Source: Eledone cirrhosa (Eukaryota). From it: a stretch of 64,000 bases of DNA. A model generated the notes under the pieces. It made no database searches and had not been told where the DNA came from. It saw only the letters and a list, made by a program, of their open reading frames with translations. The DNA lies in the NCBI GenBank assembly GCA_964016885.1, contig OZ024742.1, positions 52,204,001 through 52,268,000 on the forward strand. Direction: 5' to 3'. Position numbers and translations under genes: made by a program. Shown in pieces: positions 42,998-57,700 of the stretch (the first letter of the stretch is position 1; each line of letters starts with the position of its first letter).

Positions 42998-43316
42998 TTG
43001 TTGATGGGTGAGAGAAGCAAGAATGGCCCGAGTGAATGGGACTACTCTGTGTATGTATCTGTAAATTAAAGGTGGAAAACTGGGAGTGGGCACTTGCCTT
43101 GGTGGTCAGGGTCACTGTGGCCTTTTACTGGGCTTTCTCCACAAATGTCCCTCCGAAGTCTCCACCCTATTGGGGAATTTTTCAATGTTATTTTTTTGTT
43201 ACATCCCCTGTTTTTGTTTTTTACACGCAGAAATGCCCATTTGTACCATCCTGTATTGTCCTGCACTTTCCTTAATGTCTACTTTATGTAAACCATTGTG
43301 GTCAATAAAGAAATCA
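42998..43316 (+). mobile_element. 3' end of a Tx1/L1-like element, copy 1
   Basis: WVREARMARVNGTTLCMYL*, 3' UTR, AATAAA, then (TTA)n; similar copy at 54378-54723. Confidence 0.6.
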
Positions 43317-43339
43317 TTATTATTATTATTATTATTATT

Positions 43340-45912
43340 GTTCTTTGAGTCTCAGTCATTGATGTTAGTTAACTGGAAAGTTTGTTGAAATGAATATCAA
43401 GCCACTAGCTGCAGCCTCAGATATTCAGGACGTATCGGAGGGTACTTGATATTCCCAGCAAGCATGCCTTTTGAAGCGTTCCAAAAAGTGTGGCGGGGCC
43501 AATTTTCTTTAACCGTCCCTGGAAACTTTTTGAGATAGTACCTAGTGCGCCTATGACAATCGGAACCACTTTGACTTCATGGCAGTTCCAAATCCTTTTT
43601 ACCTCCCACTTTAAGTCCTGGTATCGGTTAATTTTCTCCCTCTCCTTCTCTTGCACTCTCGTGTCGATCCTGCACAGTGGGCTAGCCTCCTCCTTGTAAA
43701 TATGGTTTTTCAACCATTTCGTTTTGAGGGCCTGCTCTTGCGCAGCCATTAACATTCCTTCTGTAGCCTTTTAAGGTTTCCTTTTTCAACCAGTTCCATG
43801 TCTGTGGATCTCTGAATTCAGTCTTCTCAAAGAAGGTAATATGAAGGGATTTTTCATGAAGGCTGCTCTTTCTCCTTGTTGTTATTTCCTCCTTGGACAT
43901 CCCCTGGTCTATTGTCCTCTCCTTCAGTACAGCTTTGAGCATTGGCTCCTTATTATCAGTCACGTATTTGTGTAGGTTGTTTTTCCCCATCTGAACACAG
44001 TCCTCTATGCTGATAAGACCTCTTCCACCTTCAGATCTCCTTAAGTAGAGTCTATCGACATCACTCCTCTTGTGGAACATGTTGTAGATAGTCAATAGCT
44101 TCCTAGTCTTCCTATCCATTTCTTTTTGTTCAGCAACATTCCATCTCAGAATTGCCGCACTGTACCTAATAATAGACACAGCTCGGGAATTTACTGCACT
44201 TATGGCATTCCTACTGTTCAGATGTGACTTTAATACTCCCCTTACTCTCCGAATGTATTCAGATCTTATCAATTCCTTCATTTTTTTGTTCTTGATGTCA
44301 TTCAGCCTCCAGAACACCCAAATACTTGTATCCTTCTTCAGTGTCAATTTCCTTTATCATCTCACCTGTTGGTACCTGGATTACCTTGCTTCTGCTCAAT
44401 TTACCCCTCTTCATCACAAGGACTCCACACTTACTAATACCAAATTCCATACATATATAATTGCTGAAAATACGGACAGTGTCAACAAGCACATCCAACT
44501 CCTTCTCACTCTTCCCGAAGAGCTTAAGATCGTCCATGAGGAGTAAGTGATTGATGGTAAGCTCTCCCTTTTCCAACTTGTATCCTGCTCTCACTTTTCG
44601 CAGTATAATGGTCAGGGGCATCAGGGCAAGGACAAATAAGAGAGGGGACAGACTATCACCCTGGAAGATACCTCTCTTGATCTTCACGCCTCCCGAGGAT
44701 TCTCCAGCTGATGTTAACTCTGTCTTCCAGGACTTCATACTTTTGCCCAACAACTGTCTGATGTTATCTGCTACCTTGAAGATCTCTAGGCTTTTGGAGA
44801 TCCAAGAATGAGGCACCATGTCAAATGTCTTTTTGTAGTCTATCCATCCCATGGCAAGACCAGTGTGTCTCCTCTTGCAATACCTCATTACCATCTTATC
44901 AATAAGTAACTGGTCCTTTGTACCACGGGACTTCTTTCGGCATCCTTTCTGTTCGTCCGGTAACAAGTTGTTTGTGTGGAGGTGATGGTAGATTTCCTCA
45001 GACATAATGCTTGTCAACAGTTTCCACATTACAGACAGATATGTGATTGGTCTATAGTTGGTAACATCATTACCCTTGATTCGGTCTTTCATTACCAGAA
45101 CTGTGATACATTTTGTGAACCACTCTGGTACCTCACCTGACATCAAGCAGTCATTGAACATAGTTGTCAGTTTCGGGTGGAGGGATGTTATATTTTTAAT
45201 CCAATACCCCTGCACACCATCTGGGCCTGGTGATTTCCAGTTGGTTAGTTTTTTGGCCTGTCCCTTAAGAGTTTCAACTGTGATAATCACATCAGTTTCT
45301 TGCTGTGCCTGTTCACTAATCTCTTTTTGTACTGTCTCAATCCACACTGCCTGGTCATTATGTTTAACACCCTGCTCCCATATTCCTCTCCAGAATGTCT
45401 TAGTTTGTTCCGCTTCAGGGATCAATTCGCTGCTTCTTTCTTTCCCTTCAAGCTGTCCAAACAGCCTCTTCTGGTTGTTCTCAAACATGCGGTTCTGTCT
45501 ATACTGACTGACTCTGTTCTCGTATCGCCTAGTTTTTGCACTCTTTGCTACAATGCGTTGCTTCAGTTCCTCTATGATAATATTTAGCTTTTTCCTCCTA
45601 GTTTTGTACTTTATTTCCAGTCTATTTTTAGTGTCTATGTTTTTTAGTGTCCCATTCAGTAGGGACTCAAGCTTTCGAATGTCATTTTTTCATTTACCTG
45701 ATTTGACCATTCAGTCGTTTCTTCCACCAAGGTTCTGATCTTTCTTGTTTGTTGTTTCCTCTCGCTTTTATACCAAGTAATTTCCTCTCAGCATTTTCTG
45801 TTGCTTTGAGGATATTGTTGCACTAGTGAAGGCTCCTCGCCTCAAGGTATGGGATGACTTTGTTTACCTTAGCTGTTGTTTCTTTTAACTTTTTCTTTTA
45901 ACTTTTTTCCTG
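43340..45912 (-). mobile_element. R4/Dong-like element copy 1, decayed, 5'-truncated, internal deletion at ~43667
   Basis: ORF pieces 43417-43755, 43682-44347 and 44298-45488 homologous to the 1130-aa ORF; 3' end at (TAA)n. Confidence 0.9.
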
Positions 45913-45917
45913 AAAAA

Positions 45918-48050
45918 GATCTTTTTTCTTTGTCCACAACCACCAGGTCAGGTCTATTGTGTTCCAGTTACTTGTCCGTCTGTATCCTAAAATCTCACAG
46001 CACCTTCACCTGATCGTTCTCCATCACCGCCTCTGGCTTAGGCTCATACCATTTCTCAGAATGTGGTAAACTGTTTACTTTGCACAGGTGCCAGTGGATC
46101 ACCCTGCCCATCACATCATGTCTCCAGCCCTTATAGTGGGTCTGGGCTAGGTGTTTACACTAGGATACAATGTGAGCCACAGTCTCCTCTCTCTCTCCAC
46201 AGATCCTGCACAGTGGGCTAGCTTCCTCCTTGTAAATATGGTGTTTCAACCACTTCGTTTTGAGGGCCTGCTCCTGCGCAGCCATTAACATTCCTTCTGT
46301 AGCCTTTTTGAGGTATCCTCTTCTCAACCAGTTCCATGTCTGTGGATCTCTAAATTCAGTTTTCTCAAAGAAGGTACTATGAAGGGATTTTCCCTGAAGG
46401 CTGCTCTTTCTCCTTTTTGTTATTTCCTCCTTGGACATCCCCTGGTCTATTGTCCCCTCCTTCAGTACAGTTCTGAGCATTGGCTCCTTACTATCAGTCA
46501 CGTATTTGTGTAGGTTGTTTTTCTCCATCTGAACACAGTCCTCTATGCTGATAAGACCTCTTCCACCCTCAGATCTCCTTAGGTAGAGTCTATCGACATC
46601 ACTCCTCTTGTGGAACATGTTGTAGATAGTCAATAACTTCCTAGTCTTCCTATCCATTTCTTTTTGTTCAACAACATTCCATCTCAGAATTCCCGCACTG
46701 TACCTAATAATAGACACAGCTGGGGAATTTACTGCGCTTATGGCATTTCTGCTGTTCAGATGTGACTTCAATACGCTCCTTACTCTCCGAATGTATTCAG
46801 TTCTTAACAATTCCTTCATTTTTTTGTTCTTTATGCCATCAGCCTCCAGAACGCCCAAATACTTGTATCCTTCCTCAGAGTCAATTTCCTTTATCATCTC
46901 ACCTGTTGGTATCTGGGTTCCGTTACTTCTGCTCAACCTACCCCTGCTCATCACAATGACTCCACACTTACTAATACCAAACTGTATACAAATATCACTG
47001 CTGAAAATACAGACAGTGTCAACAAGCACATCCAACTCCTTCTCACTCTTACCGAAGAGCTTAAGATCGTCCATGAAGAGGAGGTGATTGATGTTAAGCT
47101 CTCCCTTTGCCTACTTGTATCCTGCTCTCACTTTTCGCAGCATAATGGTCAGGGGCATCAGGGCAAGGACAAACAACAGAGGGGACAAACAATCTCCCTG
47201 GAAGATACTTCTCTTGATCTTCACGCTTCCCAAGGATTCTCCAGTTGATGTCAACTCTGTTTCCCAGGACCTCATACTCCTGCCCAGCAACTGTCTGATG
47301 TTATCTGCCACCTTGAAGATCTCCAGGCTTTTGGTGATCCAAAAATGAGGCACCATGTCTGTAGTCTATCCATCCCATGGCAAGATCAGTGTGTCTCCTC
47401 CTGCAATTCCCCATTACCATCTTATCAATAAGTAACTGGTCCTTTGTACCACGTGACTTCTTTCGTCATCCTTTCTGTTCGTCCGGTAACAAGTTGTCTG
47501 TGTGTAGGTGATGGTAGATTTCCTCAGACACAATGCTCGTCAACAGTTTCCACATTACGGACAGACATGTGGTAGGTCTATAGTTGGTAACATCATTACC
47601 CTTGATTTGGTCTTTCATTATCAGAACTGTGGTACCTTTTGTCAAGCACTCTGGTACCTCACCTGACATCAAGCAGTCATTGAACATGGTTGTCAGTTTC
47701 GGGTGGAGGGATGTTAAATTTTTAATCCAATACCCCTGCACACCACCTGGGTCTGGTGATTTCCAGTTGGTTAGTTTTTTGGCCTGCCTCTTAAGAGTTT
47801 CAACTGTGATACTCAAATCAGTTTGTTGGTTTGCCTGCTCACCGATCTCCCTCTGTACTGTCTCAATCCACCCTGCCTGGTCATTATGTCTAACATCCTG
47901 CTCCCATATTCCTCTCCAGAATGTTTTAGTTTGTTCCGCCTCAGAGATCAAGTCGTTGCCTCTTTCTTTCCCCTCAAGCTGTCCAAACAGCATCTTCTGG
48001 TTGTTGTCTAACATGCGGTTCTGTCTGGTTATTGTCGAACATGCGGTTCT
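45918..48050 (-). mobile_element. R4/Dong-like element copy 2, truncated at both ends
   Basis: ORF pieces 46160-47074, 47111-47356 and 47466-48014; fused to copy 1 without a 3' UTR; short duplication at the 5' junction. Confidence 0.9.
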
Positions 48051-48058
48051 GATTATTA

Positions 48059-48095
<37 letters not shown>

Positions 48096-48105
48096 GTTAT
48101 TGTTA

Positions 48106-51100
48106 TTCCTTGAATCTCAGTCATTGATGTTGGTTAACTGGAAAGTCCGTTGGATTGAATATCAAGCCACTACCTGCAGCCTCAGATATTCAGGACGTAT
48201 CGGAGGGTTCTTGCTGTTCCAAGCAAGCATGCCTTTTGAAGCGTTCCAAAAAGCGTGAAGGGGCCAATTTTCTTCAACCATCCCTGGAAACCTTTGGAGA
48301 TAGTCCCCAGTGCGCCTATGACAATCGGGATCACTTTGATTTCATGGCAGTTCCAAATCCTTTTCACCTCCCACTTTAGGTCCTGGTATCGGTTAATTTT
48401 CTCCCTCTCCTTCTCTTGCACTCTCGTGTCGAACGGGCAGGCCACATCCACAATCAGGCACGATCTTTTTCTTTGTCCACAACCACCAGGTCAGGTCTAT
48501 TGTGTTCCAGTTTTTTGTCCGTCTGTATCCTAAAATCCCACAGCACCTTCACCTGACTGTTCTCCATCACCGCCTCTGGCCTATGCTCATACCATTTCTC
48601 AGAATGTGGTAGATTGTTTACTTTGCACAGGTGCCAGTGGATCACCCTGCCCATCACATCGTGTCTCCAGCCCTTATAGTGGGTCTGGGCTAGGTGTTTA
48701 CACTCGGACACAATGTGAGCCACAGTCTCCTCTCTCTCTCCACAGATCCTGCACAGTGGGCTAGCCTCCTCCTTGTAGATATGGTGCTTCAACCACTTCG
48801 TTTTGAGGGCCTGCTCCTGCGCAGCCATTAGCATTCCTTCTGTAGCCTTTTTGAGGTCTCCTCTTCTCAACCAGTTCCATGTCTGTGGATCTCTAAATTC
48901 AGTTTTCTCAAAGAAGGTACTATGAAGGGATTTTCCCTTAAGGATGCTCTTCCTCCTTGATGTTATTTCCTCCTTGGACATCCCCTGGCCTACTGTCCCC
49001 TCCTTCAATACAGTTCTGAGCATTGGCTCCTTACTATAGGTCACGTATTTGTATAGGTTGTTTTTCTCCATCTGAACACAGTCCTCTATGCTGATAAGAC
49101 CTCTTCCACCCTCAGATCTCCTTAGGTAGAGTCTATCGACATCACTCCTCTTGTGGAACATGTTGTAGATAGTCAATAGCTTCCTAGTCTTCCTATCCAT
49201 TTCTTTTTGTTCAGCAACATTCCATCTCAGAATTCCCGCACTGTACCTAATAATAGACACAGCTCGGGAATTTACTGCGCTTATGGCATTTCTGCTGTTC
49301 AGATGTGACTTCAATACGCTCCTTACTCTCCGAATGTATTCAGTTCTTAACAATTCCTTCATTTTTTTGTTCTTTATGCCATCAGCCTCCAGAACGCCCA
49401 AATACTTGTATCCTTCCTCAGAGTCAATTTCCTTTATCATCTCACCTATTGGTATCTGGATCCCGTTACTTCTGCTCAACCTAGCCCTCTTCATCACAAT
49501 GACTCCACATTTACCAATACCAAACTGCATACATATATCACTGCTGAAAATACGGACAGTGTCAACAAGCACATCCAACTCCTTCTCACTTTTCCCGAAG
49601 AGCTTAAGATCGTCCATGAAGAGGAGGTGATTGATGGTAAGCTCTCCCCTTCCCAACTTGTATCCTGCTCTCACTTTTCGCAGCATAATGGTCAAGGGCA
49701 TCAGGGCAAGGACAAACAACAGAGGGGACAGGCTATCTCCCTGGAAGATACCTCTCTTGATCTTCACGCTTCCCAAGGATACTCCAGTTGATGTCAACTC
49801 TGTCTCCCAGGACCCCATACTCCTGCCCAGCAACTGTCTGATGTTATCTGCCACCCTGAAGATCTCCAGGCTTTTGGTGATCCAGGAATGAGGCACCATG
49901 TCAAATGCCTTTCTGTAGTCTATCCATCCCATGGCAAGATCAGTGTGTCTCCTCCTGCAATTCCCCATTACCATCTTATCAATAAGCAACTGGTCCTTTG
50001 TACCACGTGACTTCTTTCGGCATCCTTTCTGTTCGTCCGGTAACAAGTTGTTTGTGTGGAGGTGATGGTAGATTTCCTCAGACACAATGCTCGTCAACAG
50101 TTTCCACATTACGGGCAGACATGTGATAGGTCTATAGTTGGTAACATCATTACCCTTGATTCGGTCTTTCATTATCAGAACTGTGGTACCCTTTGTCAAC
50201 CACTCTGGCACCTCACCCGACACCAAGCAGTCATTGAACATGGCCGTCAGCTTCGGGTGGAGGGATGTTAAATGTTTAATCCAATACCCCTGCACACCAT
50301 ATGGGCCTGGTGATTTCCAGTTGGTTAGTTTTTTGGCTTGCCCCTTAAGAGTTTCAACTGTGATACTCAAATCAGTCTGTTGTTGTGCCTGCTCACCGAT
50401 CTCCCTCTGTACTGTCTCAATCCACCCTGCCTGGGCATTGTGTCTAACATCCTGCTCCCATATTCCTCTGCAGAATGTTTTAGCTTGTTCCGCCCCAGGG
50501 ACCAAGTCGTTGCCTCTTTCTTTCCCTTCAAGCTGTCCAAACAGCATCTTCTGGTTGTTGTCGAACATGCGGTTCTGTTTATACTGACTGACTCTGTTCT
50601 CGTATCGCCTGATTTTTGCACTCTTTGCTACAATGCGTTGCTTCAATTCCTCTATGATAATATTTAGCTTTTTACTCCTAGTTTTGTATTTTATTTCCAG
50701 TCTATTTTTAGTGCCTATGTTTTTTAGTGTCCCATTCAGTAGTGACTCAAGCTTTCCTATGTCATTTCTCATTTCCCCGATTTGCCCACTCAGTCGCTTC
50801 TTCCACCACGGCTCTGCTCTTTCTTGTCTGTTGTTTCCTCTCGCTTTTATACCAAGTAGTTTCCTCACCGTATTTGCTGTTGCTTTGAGGATATTGTTGC
50901 ACTGGTGAAGGCTCCTCGCCTCAAGGTATGGGATGACTTTGTTTACCTTAGCTGTTGTTTCTTTTAACTTTTTCCTGTCTACAAATCTTAGGTTCATAGG
51001 TCTCCCACTATCATTGTTCAATTCATCTACCACTAAATTTAGGATGTCAACCGAATCTTGTCCTAGCCCGTCAGCATTCATCTCCTCAGTGGCCGTATCT

Positions 51101-51882
51101 CTGTTCCAGGTATTATTTATCTCAGTATTCAGATCATTGTCTGCTTCGGGTGGTTCCTCCGTTCTCAGGACCTCCTCACCTTCATTTCCCACCGGCTCGC
51201 TTGTCTGGCATACTACACCCGCCATCTCCAAGCCATTCTCTCTGCTCAGTTCCTCCAGTTCCAGCTCGCTTATCCCCCCATTAGTTCTTATTACCCGAGC
51301 CTGCCCGGCCAATTTTTGTTCATCTAATTTAAATAAACCAATCTCGTTCCAGATGTTATGCATCCGTCTCCTGTAGCCCCTCTCCTTGGGGTTACTTTTC
51401 AGGTAGCATTGCATAACAGTTCTATTCAATTCTTTCGTCCAGTTGGTTCTGGCCCCTTTCCTTCTTCTTCTTCCTCCAACATCAGCAGTATTTGGTTGAC
51501 AGTCAGGTTCCTGCTGCTGAGCCAGGGGGCACCTGTTGGGTGAGAGTCTGTCACATGACGTTCTAGTCTCCATTTCACCGTTATTCGAACTGTTTATGTT
51601 CGATATTTAAACACTCTTATCGAGGATTGGCGAATGTATAGTTACATAGCCATCTGTGGATCCGCCATCCCACTTGGCCCTTGTGTGGCATTATCGCCAC
51701 GCTGTATACGAACACACATAAACAAACAAACACACAGGCAGAAAGGGCCCCAAAAATGAATAAGCATAAGTTTCATTGTAATGTAGTATTCGAATGTCTG
51801 ACTTAGTTTTTGTTTTTTAAGTTTTACTTTTTCCCCCCTCTTCTCTGTCCGTCCGCCTGCTTCTCTCTTCATTCTTATTTTC

Positions 51883-51893
<11 letters not shown>
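48106..51893 (-). mobile_element. R4/Dong-like element copy 3, near full length, one frameshift in the RLE domain (~48470)
   Basis: 1039-aa plus 89-aa ORFs nearly identical to copy 5; (TAA)n on both sides. Confidence 0.95.
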
Positions 51894-51981
<88 letters not shown>

Positions 51982-54377
51982 GTTCTTTGAGTCTCAGTCA
52001 TTGATGTTATTTAACTGCAAAGTTTGTTGAAGTATGCCTTTTGAAATGTGCCAAAAAGCGGGGCCTGGACTAATCTTCTTTAACCATCATTGGAAACTCT
52101 TTGAGATAGTACCTAGTGCGCCTATGACAATCGGGACGACCTTGATTTCATGGCAGTTTCAAATCCTTTTTACCTCCCACTTTAAGTCCTGGTATCGCTT
52201 AATTTTCTCCCTCTCCTTTTCTTGCACTCTCGTGTCAAATGGGCAGGCTACATCTACAATCAGGCACGATCTTTTTTCCTAGTCCAAAACCACTAGCTCA
52301 GGCCCATTGTGTTCTAATTTCTTGTCCGTCTGTATCCTAAAATCCCATAGCACCTTCATCTGATCGTTGTCTATCACCGACTCTGGCTTTTGCTCATACC
52401 ACTTCTCAGAATGTGGTAAATTGTTTACTTTGCATAGGTTCCAGTGGATCACGCTGCCTATCACATCATGTCTCCAACCTTTATAGTGAGTCTGGGCTAG
52501 GTGTTTACACTCGGATACAATATGAGCCACAGTCTCCTCTCTCTCTCTCTCCACAGATCCTACGCAGTGAGCTAGCCTCTTCCTTGTAAATATGGTGTTT
52601 CACCCACTTCGTTCTGAGGGCTTGCTCTTGCGCAGCCATTAGCATTCCTTCTGTAGCTTTTTAAGGTCTCCTCTTTTTAACCAGTTCCATGTCTGTCGAT
52701 CTCTAAATTCAGTTTTCTTAAGGAAGGTACTATGAAGAGATTTTTCATGAAGGTTGCTCTTTCTCCTTGTTGTTAGTTCCTCCTTGAACATCCCCTGGTC
52801 GATTGTCTTCTCGTTCAGTACAATTTTGAACATTGGCTCTCTACTGTCACTCACGTATTTGTGCAGGTTGTTTTTCTCCATCTGAACACAGTCCTCTATG
52901 CTGATGAGTCCTCTTCAAACTTTAGATCTCTTTAAGTAGAGTCTATCGACATCACTCTTCTTGCGTATCGTGTTGTAGATAGTCAATAGCTTCCTAGTCT
53001 TCCTATCCATTTCTTTTTGTTCAGCAACATTCCATTTCAGAATTCACGCATTGTACATAATAATAGACACAGCTTGGAAATTCACTGCACTTATGACATT
53101 CCTACTATTTAGATGTGATTTTAATACGTTCCTTACTCTCCTTATGTACTCAGATCTTATCCATTCCTTCATTTTTTTGTTCTTGATGTCATCTTCCTTC
53201 AGAACACCTAAATATTTTTATCCTTCTTCAATGTCAATTTCCTTTATCATCTCACCTCTTGGTACCTGGATTCCGTTGCTTCTGCGCAATTTTCCCACTT
53301 CATCACTAGGACTCCACACTTACTAATACCAAATTCCATACATATATAATTGCTGAAAATACGGACAGTGTCAACAAGTTCATTCAACTCCTTCTCACCC
53401 TTCCCAACGAGTTTAAGAACGTACATGAAGAGGAGGTGGTTGATGGTAAGCTCGCCTTTTCCCAACTTGTATCCTGCTCTCACTTTTCGCAATATAACGG
53501 TCATGGGTATCAGGGCAAGGACAAACCACAGAGAGGACAAACTATCTCCCTGCTTGATCTTCACGCCTCCCCAGGATTCTTCACCCGATGTTAACTCTAT
53601 TTCCCAGGACTTCATACTTTTGCTCAACAACTGTCTGATGTTATCTGCCACCTTGAAGATCTCTAGTCTTTTGGTGATCCAAGAATGAGGTACCATGTCG
53701 AATGCCTTTTTGTAATCTATCCATCCCATGGCAAGACCAGTGTGTCTCCCTTTGAAATTCTTCATTACCATCTTATCAATAAGTAACTGGTCTTTTGTAC
53801 CACGAGACTTCTTTCAGCATCATTTCTGTTAGTCTGGTAACAAATTGTTTATGTGGAGGTGATGGTAGATTTCCTCAGACACAATGCTTGTTAACAGTTT
53901 CCACATTACGGACGACATGTGATAGGCCTATAGTTGGTAACATCATTACCCTTGATTCGGTCTTTCATTACCAGAACTGTGGTAACTTTTGTCAACCACT
54001 CTGGTACCTCACCCGACATCAAGCAGTCATTGAACATGGTTGTCAGTTTTTGGTGGAGGGATGTTATATTTTTAATCCAATGCACACCATCTGGACATGG
54101 TGATTTCCAGTTGGCTAGATTTTTGGCCTGCCATTTAAGAGTTTCAACTGTGATACTCAAATCAGGTTGTTGGTGTGCTTGTTAACTAATCTCCTTTTCA
54201 ATCCACACTGCCTGACTATTATGTTCAACATCCTGCTCCCATATTCCACTCCAGAATGTCTTAGACTGTTCCGCCTCAGGGATCAAGTCGTTGCCTCTTT
54301 CTTTCCCTCTGTCCAAACAACATCTTGTGGTTGTTGTCAAACATGCGGTTCTGTCTATACTGACTGACACTGTTCTC
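51982..54377 (-). mobile_element. R4/Dong-like element copy 4, old and decayed
   Basis: Many broken ORFs homologous to RT/CCHC/RLE; 3' end at (TAA)n 51894-51981. Confidence 0.9.
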
Positions 54378-54723
54378 AGAGAGACGAGCTCTCTTCCCAG
54401 CATTTTGTTGAAAGATGGGTGAGAGAAGCAAGAATGACCCGAGTGAATGGGCCTACTCTGAGTATGTGTCTATAAATTAAAGGTGGAAAACTGGGAGAGG
54501 GCACTTGCCCTGGTGATCAGGGTCACTGTGGCCTTTTAATGGGCTTTCTCCACAAATGTCCATCGGAAGTCTCCCCCCCCCCCACTATTGGGGAATATTC
54601 CATTGTTATTTTTTTGTTACATCCTCTGTTTTTGTTTTTTACACGCAGATATGCCCATTTGTACCGTCCTGTATTGCCCTGTACTGTCCTTTATGTAAAC
54701 CCTTGTGGTTAATAAAGAAATCA
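54378..54723 (+). mobile_element. 3' end of a Tx1/L1-like element, copy 2
   Basis: FVERWVREARMTRVNGPTLSMCL*, 3' UTR, AATAAAGAAATCA, then (TTA)n. Confidence 0.6.
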
Positions 54724-54749
54724 TTATTATTATTATTATTATTGTTGTT

Positions 54750-57700
54750 GTTATTCCTTGAATCTCAGTCATTGATGTTGGTTAACTGGAAAGTCCGTTG
54801 GATTGAATATCAAGCCACTACCTGCAGCCTCAGATATTCAGGACGTATCGGAGGGTTCTTGCCGTTCCAAGCAAGCATGCCTTTTGAAGCGTTCCAAAAA
54901 GCGTGAAGGGGCCGATTTTCTTTAACCATCCCTGGAAACCTTTGGAGATAGTCCCCAGTGCGCCTATGACAATCGGGATCACTTTGACTTCATGGCAGTT
55001 CCAAATCCTTTTCACCTCCCACTTTAGGTCCTGGTATCGGTTAATTTTCTCCCTCTCCTTCTCTTGCACTCTCGTGTCGAACGGGCAGGCCACATCCACA
55101 ATCAGGCACGATCTTTTTTCTTTGTCCACAACCACCAGGTCAGGTCTATTGTGTTCCAGTTTTTTGTCCGTCTGTATCCTAAAATCCCACAGCACCTTCA
55201 CCTGATTGTTCTCCATCACCGCCTCTGGCCTATGCTCATACCATTTCTCAGAATGTGGTAGATTGTTTACTTTGCACAGGTGCCAGTGGATCACCCTGCC
55301 CATCACATCGTGTCTCCAGCCCTTATAGTGGGTCTGGGCTAGGTGTTTACACTCGGACACAATGTGAGCCACAGTCTCCTCTCTCTCTCCACAGATCCTG
55401 CACAGTGGGCTAGCCTCCTCCTTGTAGATATGGTGCTTCAACCACTTCGTTTTGAGGGCCTGCTCCTGCGCAGCCATTAGCATTCCTTCTGTAGCCTTTT
55501 TGAGGTCTCCTCTTCTCAACCAGTTCCATGTCTGTGGATCTCTAAATTCAGTTTTCTCAAAGAAGGTACTATGAAGGGATTTTCCCTTAAGGCTGCTCTT
55601 CCTCCTTGATGTTATTTCCTCCTTGGGTATCCCCTGGCCTACTGTCCCCTCCTTCAGTACAGCTCTGAGCATTGGCTCCTTACTATAGGTCACGTATTTG
55701 TATAGGTTGTTTTTCTCCATCTGAACACAGTCCTCTATGCTGATAAGACCTCTTCCACCCTCAGATCTCCTTAGGTAGAGTCTATCGACATCACTCCTCT
55801 TGTGGAACATGTTGTAGATAGTCAATAGCTTCCTAGTCTTCCTATCCATTTCTTTTTGTTCAGCAACATTCCATCTCAGAATTCCCGCACTGTACCTAAT
55901 AATAGACACAGCTCGGGAATTTACTGCGCTTATGGCATTTCTGCTGTTCAGATGTGACTTCAATACGCTCCTTACTCTCCGAATGTATTCAGTTCTTAAC
56001 AATTCCTTCATTTTTTTGTTCTTTATGCCATCAGCCTCCAGAACGCCCAAATACTTGTATCCTTCCTCAGAGTCAATTTCCTTTATCATCTCACCTGTTG
56101 GTATCTGGATCCCGTTACTTCTGCTCAACCTACCCCTCCTCATCACAATGACTCCACATTTACCAATACCAAACTGCATACATATATCACTGCTGAAAAT
56201 ACGGACAGTGTCAACAAGCACATCCAACTCCTTCTCACTTTTCCCGAAGAGCTTAAGGTCGTCCATGAAGAGGAGGTGATTGATGGTAAGCTCTCCCCTT
56301 CCCAACTTGTATCCTGCTCTCACTTTTCGCAGCATAATGGTCAAGGGCATCAGGGCAAGGACAAACAACAGAGGGGACAGGCTATCTCCCTGGAAGATAC
56401 CTCTCTTGATCTTCACGCTTCCCAAGGATACTCCAGTTGATGTCAACTCTGTCTCCCAGGACCCCATACTCCTGCCCAGCAACTGTCTGATGTTATCTGC
56501 CACCCTGAAGATCTCCAGGCTTTTGGTGATCCAGGAATGAGGCACCATGTCAAATGCCTTTCTGTAGTCTATCCATCCCATGGCAAGATCAGTGTGTCTC
56601 CTCCTGCAATTCCCCATTACCATCTTATCAATAAGCAACTGGTCCTTTGTACCACGTGACTTCTTTCGGCATCCTTTCTGTTCGTCCGGCAACAAGTTGT
56701 TTGTGTGGAGGTGATGGTAGATTTCCTCAGACACAATGCTCGTCAACAGTTTCCACATTACGGGCAGACATGTGATAGGTCTATAGTTGGTGACATCATT
56801 ACCCTTGATTTGGTCTTTCATTATCAGAACTGTGGTACCTTTTGTCAACCACTCTGGCACCTCACCCGACACCAAGCAGTCATTGAACATGGCCGTCAGC
56901 TTCGGGTGGAGGGATGTTAAATGTTTAATCCAATACCCCTGCACACCATCTGGGCCTGGTGATTTCCAGTTGGTTAGTTTTTTGGCTTGCCCCTTAAGAG
57001 TTTCAACTGTGATACTCAAATCAGTCTGTTGCTGTGCCTGCTCACCGATCTCCCTCTGTACTGTCTCAATCCACCCTGCCTGGGCATTGTGTCTAACATC
57101 CTGCTCCCATATTCCTCTCCAGAATGTTTTAGCTTGTTCCGCCCCAGGGATCAAGTCGGTGCCTCTTTCTTTCCCCTCAAGCTGTCCAAACAGCATCTTC
57201 TGGTTGTTGTCGAACATGCGGTTCTGTTTATACTGACTGACTCTGTTCTCGTATCGCCTGATTTTGGCACTCTTTGCTACAATGCGTTGCTTCAATTCCT
57301 CTATGATAATATTTAGCTTTTTACTCCTAGTTTTGTATTTTATTTCCAGTCTATTTTTAGTGCCTATGTTTTTTAGTGTCCCATTCAGTAGTGACTCAAG
57401 CTTTCCTATGTCATTTCTCATTTCCCCGATTTGCCCACTCAGTCGCTTCTTCCACCACGGCTCTGCTCTTTCTTGTCTGTTGTTTCCTCTCGCTTTTATA
57501 CCAAGTAGTTTCCTCACCGTATTTGCTGTTGCTTTGAGGATATTGTTGCACTGGTGAAGACTCCTCGCCTCAAGGTATGGGATGACTTTGTTTACCTTAG
57601 CTGTTGTTTCTTTTAACTTTTTCCTGTCTACAAATCTTAGGTTCATAGGTCTCCCACTATCATTGTTCAACTCATCTACCACTAAATTTAGGATGTCAAC

